Shown piece after piece: positions 49,711 through 59,084 of a DNA stretch of 64,000 bases. The notes under the pieces are model-generated. The model searched no databases. It was not told the origin of the DNA and saw only the letters and a program-made list of their open reading frames with translations. The stretch lies in the NCBI GenBank assembly GCA_036677065.1, contig JAKFBS010000002.1:288001-352000 (forward strand), given 5' to 3'. The position numbers and the translations under genes are program-made. The first letter of the stretch is position 1; each line of letters opens with the position of its first letter. Origin of the DNA: Bdellovibrio sp. (lineage in GTDB: Bacteria > Bdellovibrionota > Bdellovibrionia > Bdellovibrionales > Bdellovibrionaceae).

Positions 49711-50463
49711 TTAGATATCTTCCTTATCAGTCACAAAACGCCACTGGCCCTCAGGCAAGTCGCCTAGTTTCAAATTGCCAGTGCGAACGCGTTTTAGTCC
49801 GTTAACTTTAAGGCCAACAAGCTCACACATTCTTCTGATTTGACGTTTTTTACCTTCTTTTAATATAAAACGTAATTGATCTTCATTGATCCATTCAACT
49901 TTTGCGGGCTTTAATTTTTCGCCATCTAATTCAAGACCAAAATTTAAAAGTTTAAGCTTAGCCTGCGGAAGTGTGTTTTCAGGGCCCAAGTATTTAACAC
50001 GCACTAGGTATTCTTTTTCGATTTCAGAATTTTCGCCAATCACTTTTTTAGCAAGACGTCCATCTTGCGTGAAAATTAAAATACCTTGTGAATCGATATC
50101 TAAACGACCGATAACTGCGATATTTTTTAAATCACCCATTTTTAATTGTTGTCTGTAAGTCGGGTGATCTCTGAATTGGTTTTCATCGGTGATTAATCTG
50201 ATTGCTGGTTCGTAACCAGGTTCAGGTTGGGATGAGACATAGCCAATCGGTTTGTTTAACATAATAGTTATTAGGTTTTTCTGCTTAGCCATGGCTTCTG
50301 CAGAGAGCGTAATTTTTACGTCAGGTAAAACTTTACTTCCAAGCTCGCTGACGACTTGTCCATTAACAGAAACATAGCCCTTAGCAATATATTCATCAGC
50401 TTCTCTGCGTGAGCAGATTCCACGTTCTGACATTAATTTAGAAAGTCTTATTGGATCAGCCAT
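49711..50463 (-). CDS. rRNA pseudouridine synthase (RsuA/RluF family)
   Basis: S4 domain [33 protein letters not shown]. Confidence 0.92.
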   Translation of the reverse strand: MADPIRLSKLMSERGICSRREADEYIAKGYVSVNGQVVSELGSKVLPDVKITLSAEAMAKQKNLITIMLNKPIGYVSSQPEPGYEPAIRLITDENQFRDHPTYRQQLKMGDLKNIAVIGRLDIDSQGILIFTQDGRLAKKVIGENSEIEKEYLVRVKYLGPENTLPQAKLKLLNFGLELDGEKLKPAKVEWINEDQLRFILKEGKKRQIRRMCELVGLKVNGLKRVRTGNLKLGDLPEGQWRFVTDKEDI

Positions 50464-51215
50464 TATTTAATATTTATCCCACCGTCGATATTATGAACAG
50501 CACCCGTTGTCCAAGTTGATTGTTCTGAACCAAAAAAGAAAATACTTTCAGCGACGTATTCAGGTCGACCGATTTTTTTCAATAATTGCATATCAGTAAT
50601 GCCCGCGTGAATTTTATCTTTTGCTGATGCTGGAGCGTTGTAGAAATCGTGAATTGGAGTTTCGACGATTCCTGGGCAAATAGCGTTAGCGCGAATATTA
50701 AACTCTCCGCCTTCTTGAGCTAAAGCGGTTGTCCAGTTTACCATGGCAGCCTTAGACGCAGAGTACGCTGATGTATTGGGGGCTGGTTTAATACCTAAAG
50801 TAGAGGCTACATTTACGATTGAACCACGTTTGTTCGCTTTAAATACCGGCCATAAGCTTTGTGTAATTTTAACTGAACCAAAAAGATTTACTTCAAACAT
50901 GTCTTTCCAGACATCTAATGAAGTATCGTCAGGTTTGTTTTGGGTATAAATGCCGGCGTTATTAACTAAAATCGTTGGCTTAGAAAGATTTGAAAGCTTG
51001 GCGTGAAGTTTAGTCGCATCAAAATCTTTTAAATCCATCGAAAGTGTTTCGATTTTGATATTAATATTTCTAGCCTGGGCTTGGATTTTAACTTTCTCTA
51101 ATTTTTCAGAAGATCTGCCGATTAAAAGTAAATCAAAACCTTCGCTGGCAAATTTGTAAGCTGCAGCTTCGCCGATTCCGCTACTCGCGCCAGTGATAAC
51201 TACAGCTTCTTGCAT
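50463..51215 (-). CDS. Short-chain dehydrogenase/reductase
   Basis: [17 protein letters not shown]. Confidence 0.92.
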   Translation of the reverse strand: MQEAVVITGASSGIGEAAAYKFASEGFDLLLIGRSSEKLEKVKIQAQARNINIKIETLSMDLKDFDATKLHAKLSNLSKPTILVNNAGIYTQNKPDDTSLDVWKDMFEVNLFGSVKITQSLWPVFKANKRGSIVNVASTLGIKPAPNTSAYSASKAAMVNWTTALAQEGGEFNIRANAICPGIVETPIHDFYNAPASAKDKIHAGITDMQLLKKIGRPEYVAESIFFFGSEQSTWTTGAVHNIDGGINIK

Positions 51216-52378
51216 TAGGCTTTATCCATTTCAATTTTTGCAATTGTTTGTAATTGCATGTTTGAAGTGCCTTCATAGATTTGGCCGATTTTAGCATCGC
51301 GCCAGAATTTTTCTACAGGATATTCTTTAGTGAATCCGTTACCGCCGAATAAATCGATCGCCATTGAAGTTACTTTTTCTGCAACTTTTGAAGAATAATA
51401 TTTTGCCATTGCTGCAGATTCGATAAAATCTTGGCCAGCATCTTTTAAGCGAGCGGCGTTGTAAACCATCAAGCGTGAGGCTTCTAATTCAATGCGCATT
51501 TGTGCTAATTGAAATTGAACACCTTGAAATTGGCCAATGGCTTTGCCGAATTGTTCGCGACCTTTGATGTAATTTAACGTTGCGTCATAGGCGCCTTGAG
51601 CGATACCCACCATTTGTGCGCCGATACCGATACGGCCTTCGTTTAAAGTTTCGATTGCAATTTTATAACCTTTGCCAACTTCGCCTAAAACGTTTTCTTC
51701 AGGCACTTCACAGTTTTCAAAAACTAATTCGCAAGTAGAGCTTGCGCGAATTCCAAGTTTGTCTTCTTTTTTACCAACGGTGAAACCTTTGAAACCTTTT
51801 TCAACGATGAATGCGGTAATACCTTTGTAACCTTTTGCTGGGTCCATATTCGCAAACACGATGAAAAACGAAGCTTCTTTACCATTTGTGATCCAAAGTT
51901 TGTGGCCATTCAGAATCCATTTGCCATCTTTTTTCTCAGCACGGCATTTTAAAGCGAATGCATCTGAACCAGATGATGATTCAGATAAGCAATAAGCGCC
52001 AACCCATTCACGAGCTAACTTTGGTAAATATTTTTCTTTTAATCCAGCAGTTCCGTAACGAATAACCGCGTTAGTTACTAATGTGTTTTGTACATCACAT
52101 AACACAGAAACAGAGCCATCGATGCGGCCTAATTCTTCGATCGCGATGCAAGCCATAGTGATTGATGAACCTGCGCCGCCGTATTGTTCAGGAGATTCAA
52201 TGCCCATTAAGCCCATTTCAAAAAGTTTTGAAACGATTTCTGGTTTCATTTGAGCTTGTTCATCCATGTGAGTCACATGAGGTTTAATTTCTGTTTCGGC
52301 AAAAGATCTTACTGCTTCACGGAAAGCCACTTCATCTTCAGACCACATAGTTAGAGCTGGGCGTGCATTTTCAATCAT
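51215..52378 (-). CDS. Acyl-CoA dehydrogenase (short/branched-chain-like)
   Basis: YCLSESSSGSD, KLWITNG, KLGIRAS, RDAKIGQIYEGT. Confidence 0.93.
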   Translation of the reverse strand: MIENARPALTMWSEDEVAFREAVRSFAETEIKPHVTHMDEQAQMKPEIVSKLFEMGLMGIESPEQYGGAGSSITMACIAIEELGRIDGSVSVLCDVQNTLVTNAVIRYGTAGLKEKYLPKLAREWVGAYCLSESSSGSDAFALKCRAEKKDGKWILNGHKLWITNGKEASFFIVFANMDPAKGYKGITAFIVEKGFKGFTVGKKEDKLGIRASSTCELVFENCEVPEENVLGEVGKGYKIAIETLNEGRIGIGAQMVGIAQGAYDATLNYIKGREQFGKAIGQFQGVQFQLAQMRIELEASRLMVYNAARLKDAGQDFIESAAMAKYYSSKVAEKVTSMAIDLFGGNGFTKEYPVEKFWRDAKIGQIYEGTSNMQLQTIAKIEMDKA

Positions 52379-52501
52379 TGATGTCTCCTTACGATTAACT
52401 TTTGTTTTTCGCTCACTAAATTAATGTCTATGTGGCAGAGATGCAAGTAACACTTTGTGTCAGATGGTGTTTTTTAATCGGGTACAGCAGACGATAGATT
52501 T

Positions 52502-53158
52502 ATGGATTCCAACCTTGTTCAAAAACTAGTTATTTTTTTTGGCCCTTTATTATTTGCTCTTTGTTTTCATGAATACGCGCATGGCCTTGTGGCCAAGTGG
52601 CGCGGAGACAACACAGCTGAGCGCATGGGGCGTTTAACCCTAAACCCATTGGCTCATGCCGATATGATGGGAACTGTTATTTTTCCGATCATGTCGATTG
52701 TTTTGGGAAGTCCGTTTATTTTTGGCTGGGCAAAGCCAGTTCCTGTCGAAGCAAGAAATCTAAAAAATGTTCGTACAGATATGTTCTGGATCGCCCTTGC
52801 AGGGCCACTTTCAAATATTTTGCTTGCTTTAGTGACCACTATTCTTTGGGCATTATTTGTGAAGTTTCAGTTTTTAGCGGCATACTCTGAAGGCATTAAT
52901 ACCTTTGCGCAAACTTTCATCGGCATTAATATTTTGTTAGCTGTATTTAATATGGTTCCGCTTCATCCGCTTGATGGCGGTAAGGTTTTAGCTCGTTTTT
53001 TACCAGCTTCTATCAATTACAAATTAGAACAGCATGAACAAATTTCTGGAATCGTTCTTATGGCATTGTTGTTTTTAGGATTTCTTATGCCGATACTGGT
53101 TATTCCAATGCAATTCATCTATCGCCTGATGGTTTCTTCTATTATGGGGCTTTTATAA
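52502..53158 (+). CDS. Site-2 protease (peptidase M50)
   Basis: HEYAH, AGPLSN, FNMVPLHPLDG. Confidence 0.92.
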   Translation: MDSNLVQKLVIFFGPLLFALCFHEYAHGLVAKWRGDNTAERMGRLTLNPLAHADMMGTVIFPIMSIVLGSPFIFGWAKPVPVEARNLKNVRTDMFWIALAGPLSNILLALVTTILWALFVKFQFLAAYSEGINTFAQTFIGINILLAVFNMVPLHPLDGGKVLARFLPASINYKLEQHEQISGIVLMALLFLGFLMPILVIPMQFIYRLMVSSIMGLL

Positions 53159-53311
53159 GCATCGGTAAAAGACACTATTCTTTCAGCAAACCTTAAGAAA
53201 GTTGTTGAATAACCCAAAAACGCTTGCTTCAATTATCAGTGCTGGATGCGTAAGTAGTTCGTAGGATGCGAGCGACAAGGTTTTAAAACTTAATATAAGG
53301 TTATAAACAGC

Positions 53312-54649
53312 ATGAGTATACGCGTTCAGCTTCAACAGTTTGAAGGACCATTAGATTTATTATTATATCTTATTCGTAAAGACGAAATGGATATTTTTAA
53401 TATCAACGTCACTGAAATCACTAAACAATATTTAGAATTCATCAAAATGATGAAAGAATTTGATATCGAAGTTGCCGGCGATTTTATTGCAATGGCTTCA
53501 ACGTTAATTCAAATTAAATCGCGTATGTTGTTACCTCAGTACGATGAAAATGGCGAAATCGTTGAAACTGAAGACCCGCGTAAAGAATTAGTTCAAAAAT
53601 TATTAGAGTACGAAAAATTCAAAGAAGCAGCTAAAGCTCTTTATGAGCGTCCGTTATTAAATCGCGATCAGTGGGCGCGTGGCCTTCGTGAAAAAATGGA
53701 TGTCGCTGATGATGAAATCGAGTTAGAAGATAACGCATTATTTTCTTTAATCGGCTCTTACCGCAAAATGATCAAGGCTTCATTAAAGCGTATTCATAAA
53801 GTGACAGTTAAGCTTCAATCAATCGGTCACCGCATTTTAGAAATGAAAGACTTATTGGTGGTTGGCAAACAAATCACCATGCAAGAACTTTACAATCATT
53901 CAATTACCGAAGTAAAAGAACGTTCACGTAATGTGTTAATCACGTTCTTGTCTTTGTTAGAGCTTGGTAAAATGGGTTACGTTTCTTTATATCAAACTGA
54001 AAATTACGGTGATGTTTACGTTAATCCAAATAAGCCAGTTGAGGGCGACGTCTTATCCAGAGTTGAAGAGTACGGTAATATCAACGCTGATCAAGTGGCT
54101 GAAAACCTATTTCATAAATCAAATATATTAACTGAAGAAGAAATCGAAAATATCGACGCAGAGCCAGTTAATTTTGAACTTCAAGATGGCGGCGTTAACG
54201 CACAAACTGAACAATTATCTTTTGAGCAAACTTTTGCGGCAAATTTAATTGATGGCGACAATCTTTCATTATCAGAAGACATTGCATCTGATGATGAGAT
54301 TTTAGCTGCTGAAATGGAAATCGATTCAGAAGACATTAAGTTAGACCTAAATGTGATCAAAGATTTCAATGAAGACATCACTGAAGCTCCGGAAACCGTT
54401 GAAACAGTTCTAGAGCCAACAACACCTGACTTAGAAGCTAAAGAAGAATTAACTCCTGAAGAGTCTGTCGCGGCAGTTGAAGAAATTATTGAAGTTCAAG
54501 AAGTAGTTCCACAAGAACTTACTCTTGAAGAATATCCAATTCATCATGTAGTTGATAAATCAGTAGAAGATGCAATCGAAGCCGCAGTTAAAGCTGCTAA
54601 TGCATTTAACGACGGCGCAAGTAATGCTGAACCAGAGGGGCAAGTTTAA
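53312..54649 (+). CDS. scpA: Segregation/condensation protein A with long acidic tail
   Basis: FEGPLDLLLYLI, IKSRMLLP, TFLSLLEL. Confidence 0.93.
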   Translation: MSIRVQLQQFEGPLDLLLYLIRKDEMDIFNINVTEITKQYLEFIKMMKEFDIEVAGDFIAMASTLIQIKSRMLLPQYDENGEIVETEDPRKELVQKLLEYEKFKEAAKALYERPLLNRDQWARGLREKMDVADDEIELEDNALFSLIGSYRKMIKASLKRIHKVTVKLQSIGHRILEMKDLLVVGKQITMQELYNHSITEVKERSRNVLITFLSLLELGKMGYVSLYQTENYGDVYVNPNKPVEGDVLSRVEEYGNINADQVAENLFHKSNILTEEEIENIDAEPVNFELQDGGVNAQTEQLSFEQTFAANLIDGDNLSLSEDIASDDEILAAEMEIDSEDIKLDLNVIKDFNEDITEAPETVETVLEPTTPDLEAKEELTPEESVAAVEEIIEVQEVVPQELTLEEYPIHHVVDKSVEDAIEAAVKAANAFNDGASNAEPEGQV

Positions 54650-54651
54650 AT

Positions 54652-55998
54652 ATGGCTAAAAAATCAAAAAAATCTACAAAGGCTAAAGAAGTACAATCAG
54701 AAGAGTTATTAATCTCTGAAGATTTAGCAGCTGAAATTGATGCTGAACTTGGCGGGGATCTTGAGGTTTCTGCTGAGTTATTTCAATCTGAAGAAGCTGA
54801 AAGTATCGGTTTTTTACCAGATGTTTCTGACGATGACGAAGTTGAAGAATTATTAGCTGCAAATGCCGATGTTGATCTTGAAGGTTCTGAGCTTGATGGT
54901 TTTGAATCTGCTCAAATTGACGAAGTTGAGTTCGTTGAAGACGAACATGCTGAAAGTATCGTTGAAAGTATTTTATTTGCTTCAGACCGTCCAGTAAGTC
55001 TTGCTTCAATCAAAGAAGTTTTTAAGGGCACTAACGTGCGCAAAGATAAAATCAAACGCATCTTAGACAATTTAGCTGTTGAATACGCAAGTGGTCGCCG
55101 TGGTGTAACTTTAGAAGAAATAACTGGTGGCTACCAATTACGTACTAAAATTGATAATATGAACTTTATTAAACGCACAGTTAAAACACGTGCGTTTAAA
55201 TTATCTGGTCCGGCTTTAGAGACATTATCAATCGTAGCTTACAAGCAACCTGTTGTTAAAAATGAGATCGATCAAATCCGTGGCGTCGAATCAGGTCACT
55301 TATTACGCGCTTTAATGGAAAAAGGTTTATGTAATTTCGAAGGAAAAGCAGAAAACCTACCAGGCCGCCCTATGCAGTACGGAACAACTCGTCGTTTCTT
55401 AGAAATCTTCGGTCTTCGTAACTTAAAAGAATTACCGACCTTATCGCAAATCGATGAATTATTGCCTGAAGGCATCGGCGATGAAGAAGAGCAAAAGCCA
55501 ACTCTTTCTAGCGTAACAGATGCTATGTCTGCTGAAGTTAAAGAAGTCAGCTATTCGCAAGGTGAAGAAGAATTAGGTGCTATTGAAGATGAACTTCAAA
55601 CGATCACAACATCTTCAGATTTCTTCGAGCAAGAAAAAGTTCGCCAAAAACAAAAACGCGATGCTGAAAAAGCTCAGGATATCCGTGATGCCATGACGAT
55701 GGGTGAAAATGTTCCTCGTCGTGATCAAAATTGGTTAAAAAAATACGACGAAAGTTTAGCTATGGCAGAAGCTGGCGTAGCCGTGCCTGTGAACTTCGTT
55801 GAAGATGCGCAAGGCTCTGACGACTTGCAGGCTTCTGAGAATAAAATCACGCAAATCGAAGCTGGTGATGAAGCCGACGAAGATTCTGACGAATTACATT
55901 TCTTTGAAGATGCTGAAGGTAATAAAAACCATGAAAATGGTAGCGAAATTTACGCTGACGAAGATGATGAATCTCCAGTAGATGGAGAACTTTCATAA
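54652..55998 (+). CDS. scpB: Segregation/condensation protein B with acidic extensions
   Basis: GGYQLRT, ALETLSIVAYKQP, IRGV, GRPMQYGTT..FL..FGL..LKELP. Confidence 0.93.
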   Translation: MAKKSKKSTKAKEVQSEELLISEDLAAEIDAELGGDLEVSAELFQSEEAESIGFLPDVSDDDEVEELLAANADVDLEGSELDGFESAQIDEVEFVEDEHAESIVESILFASDRPVSLASIKEVFKGTNVRKDKIKRILDNLAVEYASGRRGVTLEEITGGYQLRTKIDNMNFIKRTVKTRAFKLSGPALETLSIVAYKQPVVKNEIDQIRGVESGHLLRALMEKGLCNFEGKAENLPGRPMQYGTTRRFLEIFGLRNLKELPTLSQIDELLPEGIGDEEEQKPTLSSVTDAMSAEVKEVSYSQGEEELGAIEDELQTITTSSDFFEQEKVRQKQKRDAEKAQDIRDAMTMGENVPRRDQNWLKKYDESLAMAEAGVAVPVNFVEDAQGSDDLQASENKITQIEAGDEADEDSDELHFFEDAEGNKNHENGSEIYADEDDESPVDGELS

Positions 55999-56513
55999 GT
56001 CGTATAATCCTGACTTCGATTTTTGTTTATTTTGTTTCCATGATGATTGTCATGGGTAACGGGTCATCATTTCTGGGGCGTTATTTAGGTCAGTATTATT
56101 TTGCGGTGGCAAATACAGTGGGTGTAAATACGACTTGGAATTTCTTCAGTCCAGATCCAGCTCATATTATGTATATTCATTACATCATTCATTTTGAAGA
56201 TGAATATGGCAACCCTACACAGGAATCTAAAGAGTATTTTTATCCTGAGCAAAAAGATGGTTCAGACTTTTCAATTAATGTGCGCCGACACAATTATATG
56301 ATGCGCTTTGTGGCCATCGATCCAAGTCGGGTGGCACAGTTTTTTATTCCTTGGGTGTGTAAGCAAAATCCAGGGTCTACTAAGGTTCAGTTTGGCCTTA
56401 TTTTAAATCGCATTCCCAGTCTTGATAAAGTTATTACTTTAAAAGAAACGCCTTATAATGAATTATTAGTCACCGAAGAGTTGAATCAAAATGTTTTTAA
56501 TTGCCAAAAATAA
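55995..56513 (+). CDS. SdpA/DUF5819-like membrane-anchored protein
   Basis: WNFFSPDP motif; frame open upstream of the track's ATG (56040) to an ATA at 55995 with GGAG 7 nt before it. Confidence 0.6.
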   Translation: MSRIILTSIFVYFVSMMIVMGNGSSFLGRYLGQYYFAVANTVGVNTTWNFFSPDPAHIMYIHYIIHFEDEYGNPTQESKEYFYPEQKDGSDFSINVRRHNYMMRFVAIDPSRVAQFFIPWVCKQNPGSTKVQFGLILNRIPSLDKVITLKETPYNELLVTEELNQNVFNCQK

Positions 56514-57438
56514 AACTAAAAAATTAAGAACAGTGGTTGCTGATTTTTTATTTGGCGAAGGCCATTTTGAACGCCTTGGTGTTTTTCGATTTTTACTTTG
56601 TGCAGTGATGTTTTACATCGCCTGCTCTCGCCAGTTTAATGTGGATCAGTACGGTCCAGATTCGTTAATTCCTGGTGCACAAGCGCTTGATGTGTTCAGT
56701 GATTTTTATAAGCCCTATATTAAATTCTTTTTCTGGCCAGATGAGTTCGCTTGGGCCATGCATTTGGTTTATATCGTGCTATTGGCGCTTTCGACACTAG
56801 GTTTGTCGAATCGGCCGTTGATGATTTTAACCTGGGTGATCGCTCAAGGTTTTATTCAAAGAAACTTTTCAGTTCTTTTTGGCGCTGATGTGATTGCTAC
56901 ATTATTTTTGTTTTATTTATCTTTTACCCGCTGTAACGAATATTTTTCGCTGCGCCGATTTTTCTCGTCTAAAAAAGTCATTTTCAATCCGAACTCTTGG
57001 GGTGACCAGTTAAGCACGATGTTCTTTAGATTATTACAATTACAGCTTTTTACGATTTACGCCTATACAGGCTTTGAAAAGTTAAAGGGGAGCACTTGGT
57101 GGGATGGAACCGCACTTTGGACAGTGTTGGTAAATCCGCAATTTACTTCATTTGATTTATTATTTTTAAAAGATTTTCCAATCTTTTTTGCGGTTGGAAC
57201 TTTCGTGACTATTATTTTCGAAGTTTATTTTTGGGTCATGGTTTCAATTAAAACCACACGTCCATTGTGGCTATGGCTTGGCGTGCTTTTTCACTTGATG
57301 ATTGGCGTGCTTTTAGGACTTATGTCGTTCTCGCTGGTCATGGTCTCGACCTATATCTTATTCGCTTATCGTTCCAATCTGAGACACTGGCTTGAAAAAG
57401 CTATTCCAAAGAAGTTAGAAAAGCTTATAAGCCTTTAG
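56491..57438 (+). CDS. HTTM-domain (SdpB / vitamin-K-dependent carboxylase-like) membrane protein
   Basis: LGVFR, RN..FGAD, LQLQLFTIYAYTGFEKL..WWDGTAL, GVLFHLMI. Confidence 0.85.
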   Translation: MFLIAKNKTKKLRTVVADFLFGEGHFERLGVFRFLLCAVMFYIACSRQFNVDQYGPDSLIPGAQALDVFSDFYKPYIKFFFWPDEFAWAMHLVYIVLLALSTLGLSNRPLMILTWVIAQGFIQRNFSVLFGADVIATLFLFYLSFTRCNEYFSLRRFFSSKKVIFNPNSWGDQLSTMFFRLLQLQLFTIYAYTGFEKLKGSTWWDGTALWTVLVNPQFTSFDLLFLKDFPIFFAVGTFVTIIFEVYFWVMVSIKTTRPLWLWLGVLFHLMIGVLLGLMSFSLVMVSTYILFAYRSNLRHWLEKAIPKKLEKLISL

Positions 57439-57444
57439 AACCTT

Positions 57445-57471
57445 TAAGAAATCAGTAAAAAATGCCGATAA
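57445..57471 (+). promoter_or_regulatory. Sigma-28 (FliA)-type promoter
   Basis: TAAG-N15-GCCGATAA: perfect -10 and canonical spacing. Confidence 0.65.
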
Positions 57472-57476
57472 ATTAA

Positions 57477-58997
57477 GTGATGTTATTACGTCTATCATTG
57501 CTATTATTGATGTTTGTTTTTCACGGCTGCACCGGTGCTGTGAATAATTCTACTCTTCTTTCTCAGTTCAAACCATGTGTTGATACTGAAAACTGCACGA
57601 CAAACACACCAGGCGTTATCGCAGGAGAATTAAGAATTTTACCTGATGACGGTGAAATTCATTCTTCGCCAGAGGGCTCAGATTTAGTCGAAATCACAGG
57701 CAGTTGTGAAGATTTAGGTCGAAAATCAAATCGTATCTTGGTTCAAGTTTATGAAGGTGAAGATGATTCAATAAGTCCAATCATTGATAATTCAATAGGA
57801 ATAATGTGTCAGGATAATATTTCAACCTCGTCGCTAGCTTCAAATGGCGGGGCACCGAAAACCTGTATGCTAATTTCTCAAGGCATCGGCTTAGCTGATT
57901 CAGGCCAATCAACATCTCAGTTTCCGCAATGTTTCAATGGTCGTTTTAGTTTTCAGCTGCGCATGGGCCGCATTATTCGTAACGATACAACGGTAAATGA
58001 TAAAACTGATGCGACTAATCCGCGTACGCGTTATCTAGTAAAATTAAAATTACGTACAACTGAAGGAATTACTGCTGATTCTGGCGCAAGCACGATGTTT
58101 GTGAATCGCGCACTTCAAACACCTTCTTTTTCGGTCACAAAAAATAAAGAAAACGATCGTTGTGAAATTAATTTTAACCCATCAAAATTTCGCGATTCAA
58201 GATATACGCTTTATTCAACATGGACTGGCCCAAGCTACGCAGCTTCAGGCAGCTTAACGAATGCGATCTCGGGAACAGTTTATGTGGATACATCGCCGAC
58301 ATTTCCGGGGCTTGGCAACGGGACTACTATTGAAAAGTTTTATCACTTTGGTGAACCTTTAGATTCATCAATCGGTTTAATGCCTGGGGTAAACTACACT
58401 TACCGCATGGAAACCGCAGACTATTCATTCAGAAATGTGACAACACCTGCATTAACAGATTACGAAGTTCAGTTCGGCGGCGTCGCAGGAGCTGTTGAAC
58501 GCAGTGCTATTTCTGGAAACGTAAGCTGTAATATGGACCCAGCTTACGTACGTGACCGTACCGAACAAAACCAGGGGGCTGGAACTCCGAATTCATGTTT
58601 GTTGTCATTGGCCGGTTATAATACGCGTGGGTACAATATTGAATGGCGCGTATCTGATACATCGCCGACCTGGATGACAACAAATCCAAACTCAGGATTT
58701 CTGATCTCTACAGGTGGAGATTCAAACTGTAGATCGCTTCCAACATGTTTTGTTCATGGTGATCGTGGTATTTCGTCGGCAACAACTTTTATTAATGCCG
58801 TCGGCGTTGCAACACCGTTTCAAGCAAATGTTCCGTATTACTTTGCAGCCCGCCATTACAGAGACACAAACGGCAATAGTCAGTTTGATGCAGGCACAGA
58901 TCAGATTGTAGGGGATTGGTCGCCGGCGACAACGACGACGACAAATTCTTCTGACTACAATCACCGCTGCACTTTTAATACATTTCCAGTGCAGTAG
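57477..58997 (+). CDS. Cys-rich putative lipoprotein with beta-rich domains
   Basis: Lipobox-like FHGC after a hydrophobic stretch; DTNGNSQFD Ca-binding-like loop. Confidence 0.8.
   Translation: MMLLRLSLLLLMFVFHGCTGAVNNSTLLSQFKPCVDTENCTTNTPGVIAGELRILPDDGEIHSSPEGSDLVEITGSCEDLGRKSNRILVQVYEGEDDSISPIIDNSIGIMCQDNISTSSLASNGGAPKTCMLISQGIGLADSGQSTSQFPQCFNGRFSFQLRMGRIIRNDTTVNDKTDATNPRTRYLVKLKLRTTEGITADSGASTMFVNRALQTPSFSVTKNKENDRCEINFNPSKFRDSRYTLYSTWTGPSYAASGSLTNAISGTVYVDTSPTFPGLGNGTTIEKFYHFGEPLDSSIGLMPGVNYTYRMETADYSFRNVTTPALTDYEVQFGGVAGAVERSAISGNVSCNMDPAYVRDRTEQNQGAGTPNSCLLSLAGYNTRGYNIEWRVSDTSPTWMTTNPNSGFLISTGGDSNCRSLPTCFVHGDRGISSATTFINAVGVATPFQANVPYYFAARHYRDTNGNSQFDAGTDQIVGDWSPATTTTTNSSDYNHRCTFNTFPVQ
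58556..58989 (+). repeat. Diverged copy (inverted) of 49091-49527
   Basis: Exact blocks 58556-58573, 58679-58700, 58956-58989. Confidence 0.9.
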
Positions 58998-59017
58998 TTT
59001 TAAAATCTAAGTTACAC

Positions 59018-59059
59018 AAACTAAAAAGGCTTACTGTTTAAAGTAAGCCTTTTTAGTTT
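59018..59059. terminator. Bidirectional intrinsic terminator
   Basis: AAACTAAAAAGGCTTACT-N6-AGTAAGCCTTTTTAGTTT, between convergent genes. Confidence 0.88.
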
Positions 59060-59084
59060 CTTTCGAATTAATTCTAATTAAAAA

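Noticed and set aside
1049..58964. Short ORFs in the track overlapping long genes (e.g. 1049-1270, 14585-14938, 23746-24165, 26242-26739, 45720-46073, 54683-55009)
   Set aside because: Antisense or off-frame shadows of well-supported genes, with no motifs or RBS
49083..58997. Diversity-generating retroelement (template/variable repeat pair)
   Set aside because: Differences between the copies involve all bases, synonymous sites and indels rather than adenines only; both copies are intact genes; no reverse transcriptase in the window
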